From: Eledone cirrhosa
Lineage: Eukaryota
Assembly: GCA_964016885.1 (NCBI GenBank)
Contig: OZ024740.1
Coordinates: 231,694,001-231,758,000, forward strand
Length of the DNA: 64,000 nucleotides
Direction of reading: 5' to 3'
Positions 29,160-42,552 of this stretch are shown here, one piece after another (the first letter of the stretch is position 1; each line of letters opens with the position of its first letter). The position numbers and the translations under genes are program-made. The notes below the pieces were generated by a model. That model was given only the letters and a program-made list of their open reading frames with translations, did no database searches and was not told the DNA's origin.

Positions 29160-29545
29160 ATACTTTGGGAGTGTCATGTTTCCAATACAAACACACGCAC
29201 CTGATAGTTTTCTCTTCAATTAATTATAAATTTTGGGATGGTTGGTTGGTTGGTCCGATAACCGGATGGTTGTTTATATATTGTCAAAGTTCTTTCGTAA
29301 CACATTCTGTGACCTCCGCAGTGATCATTTTTGTATTTTGTGTCTCTCCTTTGTTCTGTCCTACACCATCTTATTTTTGTGTGTTGGGTTGACACAGAAT
29401 GTGTGACGAAAGAGCTTTGACAATATATAAACAACCATCCGGTTATCGAACCAACCAAACAACCAACCGGATATCTATAATAAATTGAAGTGAAAACCAA
29501 CAGGTGCGTGTGTTTTATTGGCAGCATGACCCTCCCAAAGAATAA
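29160..29545. repeat. Diverged palindrome of the family also at 26733-26912, 28497-28660 and 59385-59935
   Basis: 29163-29311 is inverted at 29392-29540. Shared motif ttggg(g)agggtcat and ggttggtt. Confidence 0.75.
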
Positions 29546-30189
29546 AAATATATAGATATTCATATTGTTTCAATGTGTTAAAGATTTCAATTTTGTCTTC
29601 GATTTCTTTCTACAATTATGTTTGTTGAAAACGTAACATTTGGACACACTAACATCATGCCAAACAGAATTGTATGTATTAATATGTGAAATAATGTCTA
29701 GCACAGGGACTAAGCCACACACTACGAGAGCGATCTATAGTCGTTTGGTTTAATTCAGTAGATGTTTGGTACTTTATTTCATTGAATCTTGAACAACTTG
29801 AGGCAAAACTAAGCTCGTTAAGATTTTAATTCAAATACAAACCTTTATATAAATCAATAATGAACGTCTTTTTGTCTGGCATACTATCGATTTATTGGAA
29901 CACACGTAACTATCAAGTTATAAGGGATTATAAAGGATTGTAGGTAATCATAATGTATAACTGGTATTTATTTTACCTACTTCAGTAGTAGGAAGAAAAT
30001 CCTCCTCTTCATCAACATCAAGAGCTGCTGCAGTAATAGAGTTATTAGAAATGTCTACCAAAAGCAATTAAGTTAACCAATAATTGACTGAAAAATTGAT
30101 AGAAAATAGTGCTTATTATTTCCATGTGTTGGCGCTAAAGAATATTAAAATAATGTTGAAAGCAGAAGAAAGCAAACATTTCAATAAAA

Positions 30190-31495
30190 TTAGGGTGGAG
30201 GTGGCGAATATGAACATGGCGTCTGTCATCGATTACCGCTTGACCATCGTTGCCTTGCCTACGTTCACGTATCGCCAAATTGGAGCACCTGCTCTTCAGC
30301 TTCTTATGGAAAGGACGAGTTCCATTGATGAGGCGGTCCATCTGCTGCCAACAACTTCGACGTGGTGGGCTGGGCATGCTGTGGTTGATGATGCGCAAAC
30401 ATGCGTTGAGGCTACGGCATCTCCAGATATTCCTAAACAGTGAACAGGCATTGTTGCTGTTTGTGAGACAAGTCTTTCCACAGCTCAACTCTTTAACTAC
30501 GCTGCAGTCGTAAGTCAAGGCAAGACCGAAACCGGCCATCTGGCATTTGAAATGGTGCCAAACGCTCACTGCTCTCTAACAGTGGGACAATGCGGTCAGT
30601 GGAAATTCCTCTCTAGAGTTATATAGAGGACTAGTGGTGGGTAAACGCGACGAGGTTCTCGTAGAGGCTCTGGGCGTCGGCGAAATCGAATTGAACAGTC
30701 TGTTCCGGAGAAGCTTCGGGTCGGGGGCTATGGACAACTTCCAGAAATCCCTGACTTGGTACTGCTACCGGGGTGGGGGAGGGCGTCACCGCCGGTTCGC
30801 GATAAACTCTACGGGCACGGGAGTACGGTGAGACAGACATGTTCAAAATGCGCACAGAGGGACGCAACCGTTACACAAGCACTCGTCCTGTGTCTATGCA
30901 TTACTGACTTTTGTCAAACAGCTATAATCGCGTGTGGAACGGAACCGGTTATCGACCGAAAGCATCGTTAAGATCGCCCCAACGACTTCTTTTGGTCGGG
31001 AAGGGGTAGCAGTTTTCCACTTCTTGGTGGCTGTGTCGAAACAAGTTGTATGGTGGACGCCGCTGAAAGGACTGAAGACAGACACTATCCTCTTCGGTCA
31101 ATTCCTTATCAACTTTTTCAAGTTCACTTGAAATGGAAGTTGGGTGTGGAGAGGGTCGTGCTGCATCCCAGTATATTTGTTAAAAGGTGGGTGAATGTAG
31201 CGGGAGTGGCTCGTGTGAATGGGCCTACTCTGACTATGCACCTGTAGGCTAGATAGTTTGGAGAGAAGAGGGGCGCACTCTTAGGATGCTCTTGGAGAGT
31301 AGGTTCGTTTAGGATTCGCGGGTTTCCTGAGTCACCACTTGCTAGTACTCCCCTTACTGGTGAATTTCACTGTTATATATATTTTGATGTTACCCTTCAT
31401 TTGTACACGATGTTTTGTTACCCCCCACCCAATATCTCTATTTTTATTGTCCCCTATATGTCAGCCCTTGTGGCCACTAAAGAAATTAATATTGT
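30190..31495 (+). mobile_element. 5'-truncated L1/Tx1-like LINE 3' region
   Basis: LEHLLFSFLWKGRVPLMRRSICCQQLRRGGLGM, a C..C....T..(H) zinc-knuckle remnant (TCSKCAQRDATVTQALV), and a 3' UTR. Confidence 0.85.
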
Positions 31496-31508
31496 TGTTA
31501 TTATTATT

Positions 31509-31812
31509 GGATTGGCAGTATCGGTAGAGGGTCGGACGCCATGCTTTGCAGCATAGAGTTACGGGCCTTTATGATCTGAGTTCAAATCCCGCCTAGGTTA
31601 ACTTTGCCTTTCATCATTACGGGGTCGATAAAAGAAAGTACCAGTAACGTACTGGGGTCGGTTTAATCGACTTTCCCCTCCCCCCAAATTACTGGCCTTG
31701 TGTCTATACTAGAAATCATGCCTTTCATCCTTACGGTGTCGATAAAATAAAGTACCAGTAATGCACTGGGATAATTGCTGACCTTGTGCCAAAATCAGAA
31801 ACAATTATTATT
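31509..31812 (+). mobile_element. Meta-like SINE with duplicated 3' half
   Basis: Same family as 17021; ends in (att)n. Confidence 0.85.
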
Positions 31813-32379
31813 ATTATTATTATCATCATCATTACCATCATTTTAATAGAAATAATAGCTCTTAAAAATTGACTAAAAGCTCATTCATTAGTTTGTATTT
31901 GTGTAATCAATATCTGTGGGATTCAGATAGCTGCCCAATTACTCTGCTCATAGAAACGCCTTGCTATTGGATTAAATCTTTTGTTCTATTTAATGACAGG
32001 CTGTGTATAGCAGGTTATTAATTTAAGGGCATAACACAAGTACTCACGTCAGCTCTATACCTTCTTCGGTTACAACAAGTACATACCTATTTAGAAATAG
32101 TTACATGTAAGGGATAAGCTGTTATTATAACAGAAGTGATGTCAGAGAAAGAAGAGAACTGAAGAAAAGCCATTAATATAAACATTTTTACTGAAGGGTT
32201 GCAGATAACAGTATAGAAACTAACTTTATAATAACATATGTCGGCTATAAACAGATTATGGTAATATTCATTCTTTCTGGATAGAGAGACGATGAAAGGA
32301 TTCATTCTTTCTGGGTAAAGCAAGAATGCAAGGAAATTGATAACAAGTAATAAACGTTACATAAAAACAATACTAAAGT

Positions 32380-32625
32380 ATTCTTATAAAGGTTGTGACA
32401 GTATTCAGATCAATAGAGGAATTTTCTAGGGTGATAACCTACTTTTTCATTCAGTGATAGGCAATGGTATGTAAAATGCCATTAACAGTGTATCCACGAA
32501 TGAAAATTTACTGATGACTTGAAACTGTTTGCAGAAAGCGAAAATCACTCATACATGCTGTGCAAACACTATTATAGATTTAGTGAAGACACTCAGGAGG
32601 AATTTGGGATTCAAAATATAGAGGG
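32380..32625 (+). mobile_element. Highly decayed non-LTR RT fragment (R4/Dong-like)
   Basis: RGIF*GD, FTDDLKLFAES and FSEDTQEEFGI match RT motifs QGD, YMDDLKL and FS.DI.M.FG. Confidence 0.6.
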
Positions 32626-32714
32626 AGTATTAATAATGGGAAAAAGTATTCCAGATAAAATATAAGGATGAAACAAATCAGATGAAAGTTTATTTGAACA
32701 GGTAGGTATGGTCT

Positions 32715-32965
32715 CTCTAGTCTAAATCTGTAAGCCAGAGGTTCGTTAGGCCGGTGTTTATTCCGGTTTCATGGCGAGTGTACAAGACTCCGCGCCCCCT
32801 GGACAGGACGCCAGTCCATCACTGGGTTAAACCCACGTATATTGCTGGTACTCATTTTCAGCTTAGTATACTGGAGCAACGTGAAATGAAGGGTTTTGCT
32901 AAAGGACACAACACGCAGCCAAGCCCAGGAATGGAACCCTCGACATTATGATCGTAAGTTCAACA
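32715..32965 (-). mobile_element. tRNA SINE (V/CORE-like)
   Basis: The minus strand has gggttccattcctgg, gtgtcctttagcaaaacc and gatggactggcgtcctgtccaggg. Confidence 0.7.
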
Positions 32966-33449
32966 GGTTGGTATAGACGTATATAAATACTAGGGAATCA
33001 TAGCGACATGATAAGGACGAAGTATTTAGAATGGTGTCCATCGGAAGTTTGATTATAGGGATTAAATTAAGCTAACTAGACCCTGACTATTAGTAGAAAA
33101 CCCCTATCTGTGTTGTTGAATAACGTGGCCAACATTGTTTGGGACCGCCTTTGATCAAGTTGTGGCAAGCTTATCCTTTTCAAAGTTGCTCTTTATGTAG
33201 CATTACATTGTCCAATGTGACCTTTTTTTAAACAGTGTATATTTGATTTGACGAAATTTGGTTTCCATTTTTAGCAGGTCAAAGGATTGAATAGAGATAC
33301 CTTCATTTACTTGTGGATTATATCTGTCCTGAGGTACAGTGAATGAATTTTAAAATGAATAAATAAGAAAATATTAAAGCAAGGAAGGTCAAATACAGTG
33401 AAAATTAACTAGACTCAATTACGATGAACAAAATATGAACATATGACAG

Positions 33450-33662
33450 TCGGTCGACTTTCGTCAAATCGGACCGAGGAAACAATGTTCCCATTGCTCT
33501 TTCCAATTGCTAATACTATCTATCGGTCACAAATGCAGGTAGGAGGAGCAGCGCGAAATAAAGTATCTTGCTCAAGGACTTAACGCATCGCCCAGTCCGG
33601 AAATCAAACTCACAACCTTACGATTACAACTCCAATTCTCTTACCACTCAGCCATGCACCTT
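33450..33662 (-). mobile_element. tRNA SINE, same family as 1468-1688
   Basis: Reverse-complement similarity throughout. Confidence 0.8.
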
Positions 33663-34321
33663 TACAATATATACACGCAGAAAGTTATAAATACATTGAA
33701 ACTAGCATGACAGAGATATAGAGGGATATTAGAGTTTAACTTGAAATTAATTGGCCGAGAGCGATGCAAGCTATTAATATACGAATCATGTTTGATTTGA
33801 AATATATGTAGTAGGGGTGCTCTAGAGTGGAATAAAGACATGTTGAGTAGTTTAATGAGGATACTACAAGTGTGTGTGTGTGTGTATTTGTGAGTGGGTG
33901 TATGTATATGTATATGTGTGTATGTCTGTATGTGTGTGTGTGTGTGTGTGCGTGTATGTGTGTGTGTGTCGTAAATGTTTAAATGTCCGCCCACATATTG
34001 TAAGATGAAATTTGCTGTGGGCGTTTCATTATGTTTCAGTGTCAGTTACTTATTTGTATGGGCCACGCTTTACTGGTTACTGCCAAAGACTATCAACTAG
34101 GAGACTGGTCTCACCTCTGTTTAATATAATTATGGAAAATGTGTTAATTACAGGAATTTTAGAATATTATTTCATTGATCGTCAATTCGACTTCTCTGTA
34201 ATGCTTCCGTCTGTTTCGTGGCACAATGCCTCTATTTACCCCAATTTTTCAGAATTAATGCATAACGGTTTCTTGTTTGTTTGTTTGTTAGAAGACAAGA
34301 AAAGTACCTATGATAGACTGT

Positions 34322-34660
34322 TTGGATTGGCAGTAACGGTATAGGGTCAGACCACCATGCTTTGCAGCCTAGAGTTACGGCCCATTTTAGTCTGAATTCA
34401 AATCCCACCGATGTTAACTTTGCCTTTTATCCTTGCGGGGGTCGATAAAATAAAGTACCAGTAATGCACTGGGGTTGATTTAATTGACTTGCCTCTCCCC
34501 TAAATTGTTGGCCTTGTGCCAAAAAGTAGAAGCAATTATTTTATTGTTATGAAGAGCGGTGGATTGGCAGTATCGGCAGAGGATCGAACGCCATGCTTTG
34601 CAGCATAGAGTTACGTCCCAGTAATGCACTGGGTTAATTGCTGCCAAAAGTAGATACAAT
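34322..34660 (+). mobile_element. Two adjacent Meta-like SINE copies (second internally deleted)
   Basis: Heads ggattggcagta at 34324 and 34561. Confidence 0.8.
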
Positions 34661-34903
34661 CATATACAAGGGAAATTCAGTCTCACCAAATTGAGTTTCT
34701 TTGAGCTGGAGCTGTATATCGACCAATATAAACTAGTGAAATACATTAGCTTTAGGAGTTTAACCACAACAACGTACATATCAGTACATAGCATCAGCAT
34801 CAACAACAGCATCAACAAAAAAAGCGAAAAAGAAGAAACAAAGAAACAACTACTATACAGGTAGCGTGAGTGTGTGTGTCCGTAATTCATTTACATATAC
34901 ACC

Positions 34904-35131
34904 ATGTCCAAACAGAAAGGAACCAAACTTCCACTGTTACTACCTCCGTCTCTTCCACTCTTTCCATCTCTGTCTCACTATTATGAGCAAATGGGCGCCC
35001 AACTGCTGGCCGCCTCTTTGGACAGAATAGAGGAGGCGTTTCCCCGGGGGTTGTTGAGGGAGACGCGCTGGAAGAGCCATTCAAGCTGGCGAGGCTCACA
35101 CCTGTGGATAGCAAACTCTGTGTCGATGGTG
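34904..35131 (+). CDS. Candidate first coding exon of an unidentified host gene
   Basis: GC-richer unique sequence, accATG start, 76 open codons, ending at GTG|gtgagt. No family recognised. Confidence 0.35.
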
Positions 35132-35469
35132 GTGAGTAGGAAGCTTGCCCTAACAGTCATCTTTTACACTGCATTGGTAAGAATACATGGCCACATGTGT
35201 TAGCTCTGACAATGTTTAGTGTAGTAGATGTTTTATAGTCTAAATGTAGCCATAAAGAGGCAAAGTGGTTTGTGGTTAATGAAGCGGTGTGCATTATGTT
35301 CCAAGAAATATCGAGTGTGTTAGCCGGCCGGGTGTACCGTAAACGATAAATGGAAAAATGAAATTTCATTTCTCACTCTTAGTACGGCTGATACTTAAAT
35401 ATAAGTATGTATACGTACATACATATATGTATACAGACGTACAGTAGTATGTATATATATACATACATG

Positions 35470-35520
<51 letters not shown>

Positions 35521-35880
35521 AGAGTGAAGGAACAAGGATTAAATGTAGCATCATGACATTAATTAAAATATTACATATGTTTCACTATCGATCAGCTTGA
35601 AGAAAGACCTATTGTAGATCGAAACTGACTCTGTAATCGAAAGATCGCCAGATATGTATTTCTTATGTAATCTCATCTCCGATTCTATGCGTGAAGATCT
35701 CTAGCTATTAGCAATCTCCAACACATTTTAACAGCGTCGTATTCTAGTCCGCTCATTGGTTCATTATCGCATCATCATCATCAGTCTATCCACGAGGTAA
35801 CATCTGTCTCTCATCCAGTCAAGCTATCGTGTGTGTTCATGCGTGGGAGTTCGTCGGCCTGCTTTTCACTGCTAGATTTA

Positions 35881-35921
<41 letters not shown>

Positions 35922-36071
35922 TTCATACACATACACATACACACATACACATACATATGTAAACCGACACGGACACATGCGTATACACGCACATATGTGT
36001 ACATCCACAAATATACACCCATACATATACACCAATATATAAATAAATAAATAAATGAACACACATACATG

Positions 36072-36129
<58 letters not shown>

Positions 36130-36144
36130 CACACACACACACAC

Positions 36145-36180
<36 letters not shown>

Positions 36181-36339
36181 ATATATATATTCACACACAC
36201 ACACACACATGTACCTATACCTATAGATGCATGTAACATACATGGTCATACAAGCATATATACATACAGACAATTATACGCACACATATACACACACAGA
36301 TACATTGATACACACACACATACATAACTACACATATAT

Positions 36340-36392
<53 letters not shown>

Positions 36393-36429
36393 CACACATA
36401 CAACCATACAGCTATATATATATATATAT

Positions 36430-36601
36430 GAAAAGATTTAGGACCCCGACGGCTGAGCTCCGGCCGTATCGATAGCAAGATCCGAACTGGTTCTTGGCCG
36501 GAGCTCAGCCGTCGGGGTCCTGAATCTTTTCTACTACCCCAAGTATCGACCATAACTGTAGTGCGTTTTGGTCCACCTGGTATCCTACCACACCCTATTT
36601 G

Positions 36602-36603
<2 letters not shown>
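36430..36603 (+). repeat. Family-B-related hairpin mini-element
   Basis: ggaccccgacggctgagctccggcc...ggccggagctcagccgtcggggtcc plus tail. Confidence 0.85.
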
Positions 36604-36642
<39 letters not shown>

Positions 36643-36646
<4 letters not shown>

Positions 36647-36714
36647 TATGTATGTATACGTACATACATATATGTATACAGACGTACAGTAGTATGTATA
36701 TATACACATACATG

Positions 36715-36807
<93 letters not shown>

Positions 36808-37245
36808 GTATGGGTTTACCGAACATTTATTATAATGCTCGGCTTATTTGTAAACAAACAAACAGCCCGAATTACGCCGTACAGTGTTTAGGCAACCATC
36901 GTCATCTTTTTGTTCAACACTGACACAGGAACGATGTACTAGTTTCAAGCTTATTAGCTATCGGCAGCATCGTATACCTTTCTGTCAGATGGTTGAACGT
37001 CTGAAAGTATATACTTTCCTTATGGATATTAACGGCTGAGCAGCCCAATTTGCATATCGAGTGAGTTAGTCGGCCGGGCGCACCGAAAACGATAAATGGA
37101 AAAGAATGAAACGAAATTTCATTTCTCACTCTTAGTCGGCTGGTACTTAAATGTAAGTACGGCGTAATTCGGGCTGTTCGTTTGTTTACAAACAAACCGA
37201 GCATTATAATAAATGTTCGGTAAACCCATAGGTACATATATATAT
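36643..37245 (-). repeat. Family K repeat with HHR at 36932-36972 (core CTGCCGA, damaged) and inverted end
   Basis: 36810-36880 is inverted at 37158-37232. Homologous to 58030-58860 and 60958-61950. Confidence 0.85.
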
Positions 37246-37279
37246 GTGTGCATGTATGTATAGAGAAAGATGTATGTAT

Positions 37280-37690
37280 AGGGAGAGATGACCCCTTAGC
37301 CCTTGTCAAGGCAGAATTCTAGGAGAAGGAAAACTCTGATATAACACCTGCAACCCTGATGGTATCCAATGATGTTGACTTGTTCTTCTTTTTGGTAAAT
37401 ATCATCTTGGTTAAGAGAGTGAGACTGGCTTTGTGCAGTGCCTTTGCTCACTATAAAAGCTTCACAGCACAGGCATTGCTTTATATCTGGAGATCTCTCT
37501 GCACTTGTCGTCACATGGTACCATGGGCCCAGCACTGTGTCAATAATTGTCACAAGTGTGGTGTTTGTACCGGGGTTTTCAAGTCGCTGGCTGGACTAAA
37601 AAGTCACACTCATTCAGCGCATCAGTAGGGTTTCTCCTAAATGGATATAAAGTAGTGGCCGTACTCGAGAACGAGTTGGCAGCCACCATA
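37280..37690 (+). mobile_element. 5'-truncated non-autonomous RTE derivative
   Basis: Copy of 62797-63207; encodes CHKCGVCTGVFKSLAGLKSH. Confidence 0.7.
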
Positions 37691-38031
37691 TACATACTAC
37701 TGTACGTCTGTATACATATATGTATGTACGTATACATACATACTTACATTTAAGTACCAGCCGTACTAAGAGTGAGAAATGAAATTTCGTTTAATTCTTT
37801 TCCATTTATATATATATACATATATGTGCATGAATTTTTTTCTCACGAGTCAGTTCTTTCGTTGCTACGGACCCCGGCTGAATTACCGGTCGCTGTCTTT
37901 ATTTTGCAAAGCCCTTTAAACTGTATGTTATTACTCTGAGGTCCTATACCTTGTCGAGTGCTTGGCCGCACTGCTGAAAGCATTCGTCGGCTTAGCTGAG
38001 GTTATGGCTTCGAATATGCTGTACTTCCACT

Positions 38032-38070
<39 letters not shown>

Positions 38071-38167
38071 GGGAGCGAGTGCTCCAAGGAAAAACATACA
38101 CATTGTTTTAGTCCACTCCCTTCCACTCAAAATTGCCTTGGTAATGTTACCTTTTAATCATTTTGTT

Positions 38168-38218
38168 GCTGTCTGAAGATATCACGATATCTGTCGTCAT
38201 TGAAATATGTATAACGGC
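38168..38218 (+). ncRNA. Type I HHR, family I
   Basis: gctgt CTGAAGA tatcacgatatctgtcgtcatt GAAA tatgta TA acggc, then AATAAA. Confidence 0.82.
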
Positions 38219-38299
38219 TCAATTAATAAAGGACCCTAACATCTTCAACTTCGCATTTTCCTCTTTATTAATATCCTCCGCCATCCTTGTTTTATGAAG

Positions 38300-38455
38300 T
38301 AACTAGCAGAATGGCCCGGCGTTGCTCGGGATTTTCTCTAGGGTTCTTATATATTTGATATATATTTATCCTTATCGAGCCTCGTGAAGTAAATACGTTT
38401 TTATATTTTGTTATTGTGTATGCAAAAATATCTGTACACGAATATATAAATAACA
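38300..38455 (+). mobile_element. Helentron/HINE-like terminal fragment
   Basis: actagcagaatggcccggcgttgctcggg. A reverse copy lies at 56180-56327. Confidence 0.5.
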
Positions 38456-38459
38456 GTAC

Positions 38460-40275
38460 AGAGAAGTATGATGAGTCCCCTGGTCTCGCTGGATGCCTCA
38501 TTGTGGCGAAGGGGTGCCAACTACTAATCTCAGTGGGCAAAGAATCGGCAAATACAGGCGGAAGGCGTCGGGTTAGCAACCCGGCACTGCTGTAAAAATT
38601 CTAACCGCTAAAGGAACAGCAAGAAAAGCCAACAAAAAAAAACAAAAATGATTGGCATAAAGATTAAGGCGTGGGAAACACTCCACTCTTGACGGATCTC
38701 AACCAAAGCCGAAAGAACGTTGGGGTTCCGATGAGCCGGATTCTGAGCACCGAAACAAAGATGCGAATTGGAACTTGGAATGTGCGTACACTATACCAGG
38801 CAGGAAAGCTGGCTCAGCTACTTCGCGAGTTCGACCACTACCAGCTGGACATTCTGGGCGTGAGTGAAATGCGCTGGACTGGCAGCGGAAAGATGAGTGG
38901 CAGCGGAGACACAACTCTGCTATACTCTGGACACGAAGACAAGCAGGTTAATGGTTTTGGACTTGTGCTTAGCGCCCGAGCAACTCGAGCATTGATCGGA
39001 TGGGAGCCAGTCAGCGAGTGCATCATGACCTCCCGTTTTCAAAGTGGGAATGCAAAAATCACTGTTGTTCAGGGCTACGCACCGATTGATGACTCCTTCT
39101 AAGAACAGCTGCAGGACACATTTAATAACTTGCCCAGCCATGACATCAAACTACTGCTCGGTGATTTCAACGCTCAGATTGGCTGCAAAAGATAGGGACT
39201 GGAACAGGTCACTGGGCCATTCGGTTCTGCTGCGGTCACCACAGACAACGGCGAGAGACTGCAGCTGTTTTGTGCCATCAACAGCTTGTGCATTAACAAC
39301 ACCTATTTCAAACACAAGGCTACTTGGCAGTCTCCGGAACAGAAAAGCCGAAACGAGATCTACTACATCTGCATCAACCAACGCTGGCGGTCCTCGGTGC
39401 GTGACGTCAGAGTGTACCGAGGTGCGGACATAGGCTCAGACCACCACCTACTGTGTGCGGTACTTCAGCTGCGCCTGAAGAAACGGACACGACAGGAAAG
39501 ACCAAAGCCATATGCAGTGGAGAAGCTGAAGTATCCCGGTCAAGCGCGACTGTACTAACTGGCGCTACACAACCGATTCCAGCAGTTGAGTGAGGTTGCA
39601 GATCTGGAAGATCAATGGACGATGTTCACGACAGCGGTAACTGAGGCGGCGCAAGAAACTATTGGCCGAAGACGAGGAACGAGGAGGGAAAAATGGATCC
39701 AAGTACCAACGTGGGACCTGATTGACAGACGAAAAAGGGCAAAAGTATAGCAAGATTCTATCAGATCGGAGGAAGACCAAAAGAAAAGAGATGCCGTATA
39801 CCGCCAAATAGACCGACTGGTAAAGCGAAGCTGCCGGCGGGACAAACGTAACTGGCTGGAGAAAAAGGGTGCTGAGGCAGAGGACGCTGCTGGTCGAAAC
39901 GACACAAAAGCACTGTTCCGCATCGTGAGGGAGTTGATAGGAAGGTCGAGCGGTGTCAGCATGACAGTGAAGGACAAAAATGGCAAGACGTTGACCACTG
40001 GAGTGGAAGAAGAGCGCAGTTGGATGGAGCACTTCTGGGAGATGCTGAAGCAACCGAATCCGGTCGCCCTGATAGACTTGACCGTAGAGACTCCAGCAAC
40101 CACTGAGGTACTCAGTTTGCGAGGACCATATCACCGAGAGATGCGATTAGCCACTCAAGGAACGGCATAGCAGGCGGACTGGATGAGATCTCTGCTGAGC
40201 TGCTCAAATTCGGTGAGGAGAGCACGATAACGGCGTCGACAGACTTGATGAACCACTGCTGGAGGGTTGGTCGAA
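38460..40275 (+). mobile_element. RTE-clade LINE 5' half (5' UTR, AP endonuclease, linker), pseudogenised
   Basis: IGTWNVRTL, DILGVSEMRW, YAP, LLGDFNAQIG, DNGERL, GADIGSDHHL, and GLDEISAELLK near 40180. Confidence 0.92.
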
Positions 40276-41215
40276 TTGAGGACCATCCCATTGTAGAGTT
40301 CCCAGCGTGGGAAACAACCACCCCACAGATAAGGGCCGGGAAGTTAGCAAAACACATAGCACCCAAAGGGGAAGCAGCAATGCGGGAACCACTAGCAACC
40401 CAACAACCCCCGAACAGCCCACGGCACGCTCAACCCACCCACATAGTAGACGCAGAAAAATCACGTGGTACAACCCACCCTACTCAGCGGCTCTAAAGAA
40501 CAACTTGGCCTGCTCTTTCTTTAGAACACTAGATAAATGCTTCCCGAGGGAACATAGATACCGCAAGATCTTCAACAGACACACTGTGAAGCTCTCGTAT
40601 TCTACCACGTGAAATGTGGCCCAGCACATAGCTAGCATCAATAAGAGTAGACTTAAAAACCACACACAACCAGAAGCTGGCAATATAAGCACCCAGCAAA
40701 ACCATGTGGATGAAAAAAAGGGTGGACCCAGTGCCCACCCTGGAAACCCAAACAGACACAGGGACCCCCACCGGGCCCGGGGGAGGACCACATATAATAC
40801 GCAACGGGAACCCCACACTAGGCACGCGGAGGTCGACCACCTCTTGCAACTGTAGAAACCCCGAATTATGCTCCCTTAGTAATGAATGTCTTGGGAAGAA
40901 CTTAATATACGGATGTAGAGTAAAAACCCCCAACTCTGAACACCTTTACATAGGAGCCACATCAACGAGCTTTAAAGCCCGATGGTATAACCATGGCCAT
41001 TCCTCTAATAGGGAGGACAAAAGGAAAAGTACGGCTCTTTCCGAACTGATCTGGAAGCTCAAGCTGGACAGGACCCCGTATCTCTGACCTGGTCCAAAAT
41101 CAGAAAAGTACCACCTGATAAAGGGGGATCTGGCATCTGCAAACTATGTCTGAGCGAGACCCTCCAGATACTCAGCGGTGGAAGCAGCCTGATAAACCTC
41201 AGGACTGACTTCTTC

Positions 41216-41510
41216 GGGACATGTAGACACCTCAGGGCCGGGACCTTCCTCAAGATATATGGACAGTAAGAATACATTGGTATGGGAACTTCCCTCAAGC
41301 TATAGGGACTTCTCCGGGACATGTAGACAACTCAGGGCTGGGACCTTCCTCAAGCTATATGGACAATAACAACACATTGGGATGGGAACTCTCCTCAAGC
41401 TATAGGGACTTCTCCGGGACATGTAGACACCTCAGGGCCGGGACCTCCCTCAAGCTATATGAACAATAACAACACATTGGGATGGGAACTTCCCTCTAGC
41501 TATAAGGACA
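41216..41510 (+). repeat. 100-bp tandem repeat, three units
   Basis: gggacatgtagaca.ctcagggc.gggacc at 41216, 41316 and 41416. Confidence 0.92.
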
Positions 41511-42552
41511 GCAGCCCACCACACCGAGCCCATGGTAAACCACCCCCTGCACAATCACCACCCCTACCCCTGCCTCCATCGACTCCTGTGACAACACACA
41601 CTTATGCATATGTCCATACATAGATACTGTTATTTAAGATTGTACATGCACAGATACTTACATGTGTGTGTGTGTGTGTGTATGTGTGTGTGTGTGTGTG
41701 TGCATAGGGGATGCACCTTGGCCTGTGTTTGTGCGTGTGTGCTTGGAACGATGTGAGTTGACATACACGCATATCTACTCTATGCCGAAATACGAACTGT
41801 AGTCCTCTGCATTCCAGATTTTTAACACTCGGGTTCTGGTGTTTTACACTCCACCCTTGTCTCATCTGCTCTTAAAACACACCACCCCATGATAGCGTAA
41901 TGATTGTAATCCTTTGCACTTCTCAATTCTGACACACAGCCTTTCTACTTCAGTCAATATTTTCCAAATCTTTCAAACTTTCAGATTGGTTGTAACACAC
42001 ACGCATTTTATTTTATTCTTTTATTATCTTATTCTTTTTATTATTTTATTATTTATTTATTTTTTTACTTTTTTATTTTCTTCATTTTATTGCCTCTTAT
42101 TCTTTTATTTCTCCATTTTACTTTATCTTATTTCTTCATCTGTTCCCCCCCCCCTCCACCTCCACCACGGGAAATGGTGGCAGGATAGATGCCAACCCAC
42201 ACACAAATTCTTCTAAACATAGCAACAGCCGAACTAAAGCTGACCTGCCTACTAATCCCCTGATCCCCCTAACACCAATACCAGGGAGGAGGTCAGCTGT
42301 ACTTAACAAAAATAACCACAACAGATTGCCTTGCCTCAGAAAAATTTCTATATACTTTTGACTGAGGAATGATCTCACAACTGACCAATGAGAGGAGAGA
42401 GTTCCTTTGATGCCGAAATTCATTTGTTCGAATTCATATGATTCCAGTTCCTCAGAGAAATAACAACCCAACCAGGAACTGGGCATATCGGAGTATTGAC
42501 GGAGTTAAACACCTCAACAACATGTGTACCTGTCTCTACCACACCAATTCGG

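Noticed and set aside
40600-40620. In-frame TGA as possible selenocysteine codon in a PLE
   Set aside because: The element has frameshifts and other stops, and the position is not a conserved Cys in the related copies here.
41216-41510. CRISPR-like regularly spaced repeats
   Set aside because: The whole unit is repeated, with no unique spacers and no cas genes; the context is eukaryotic.
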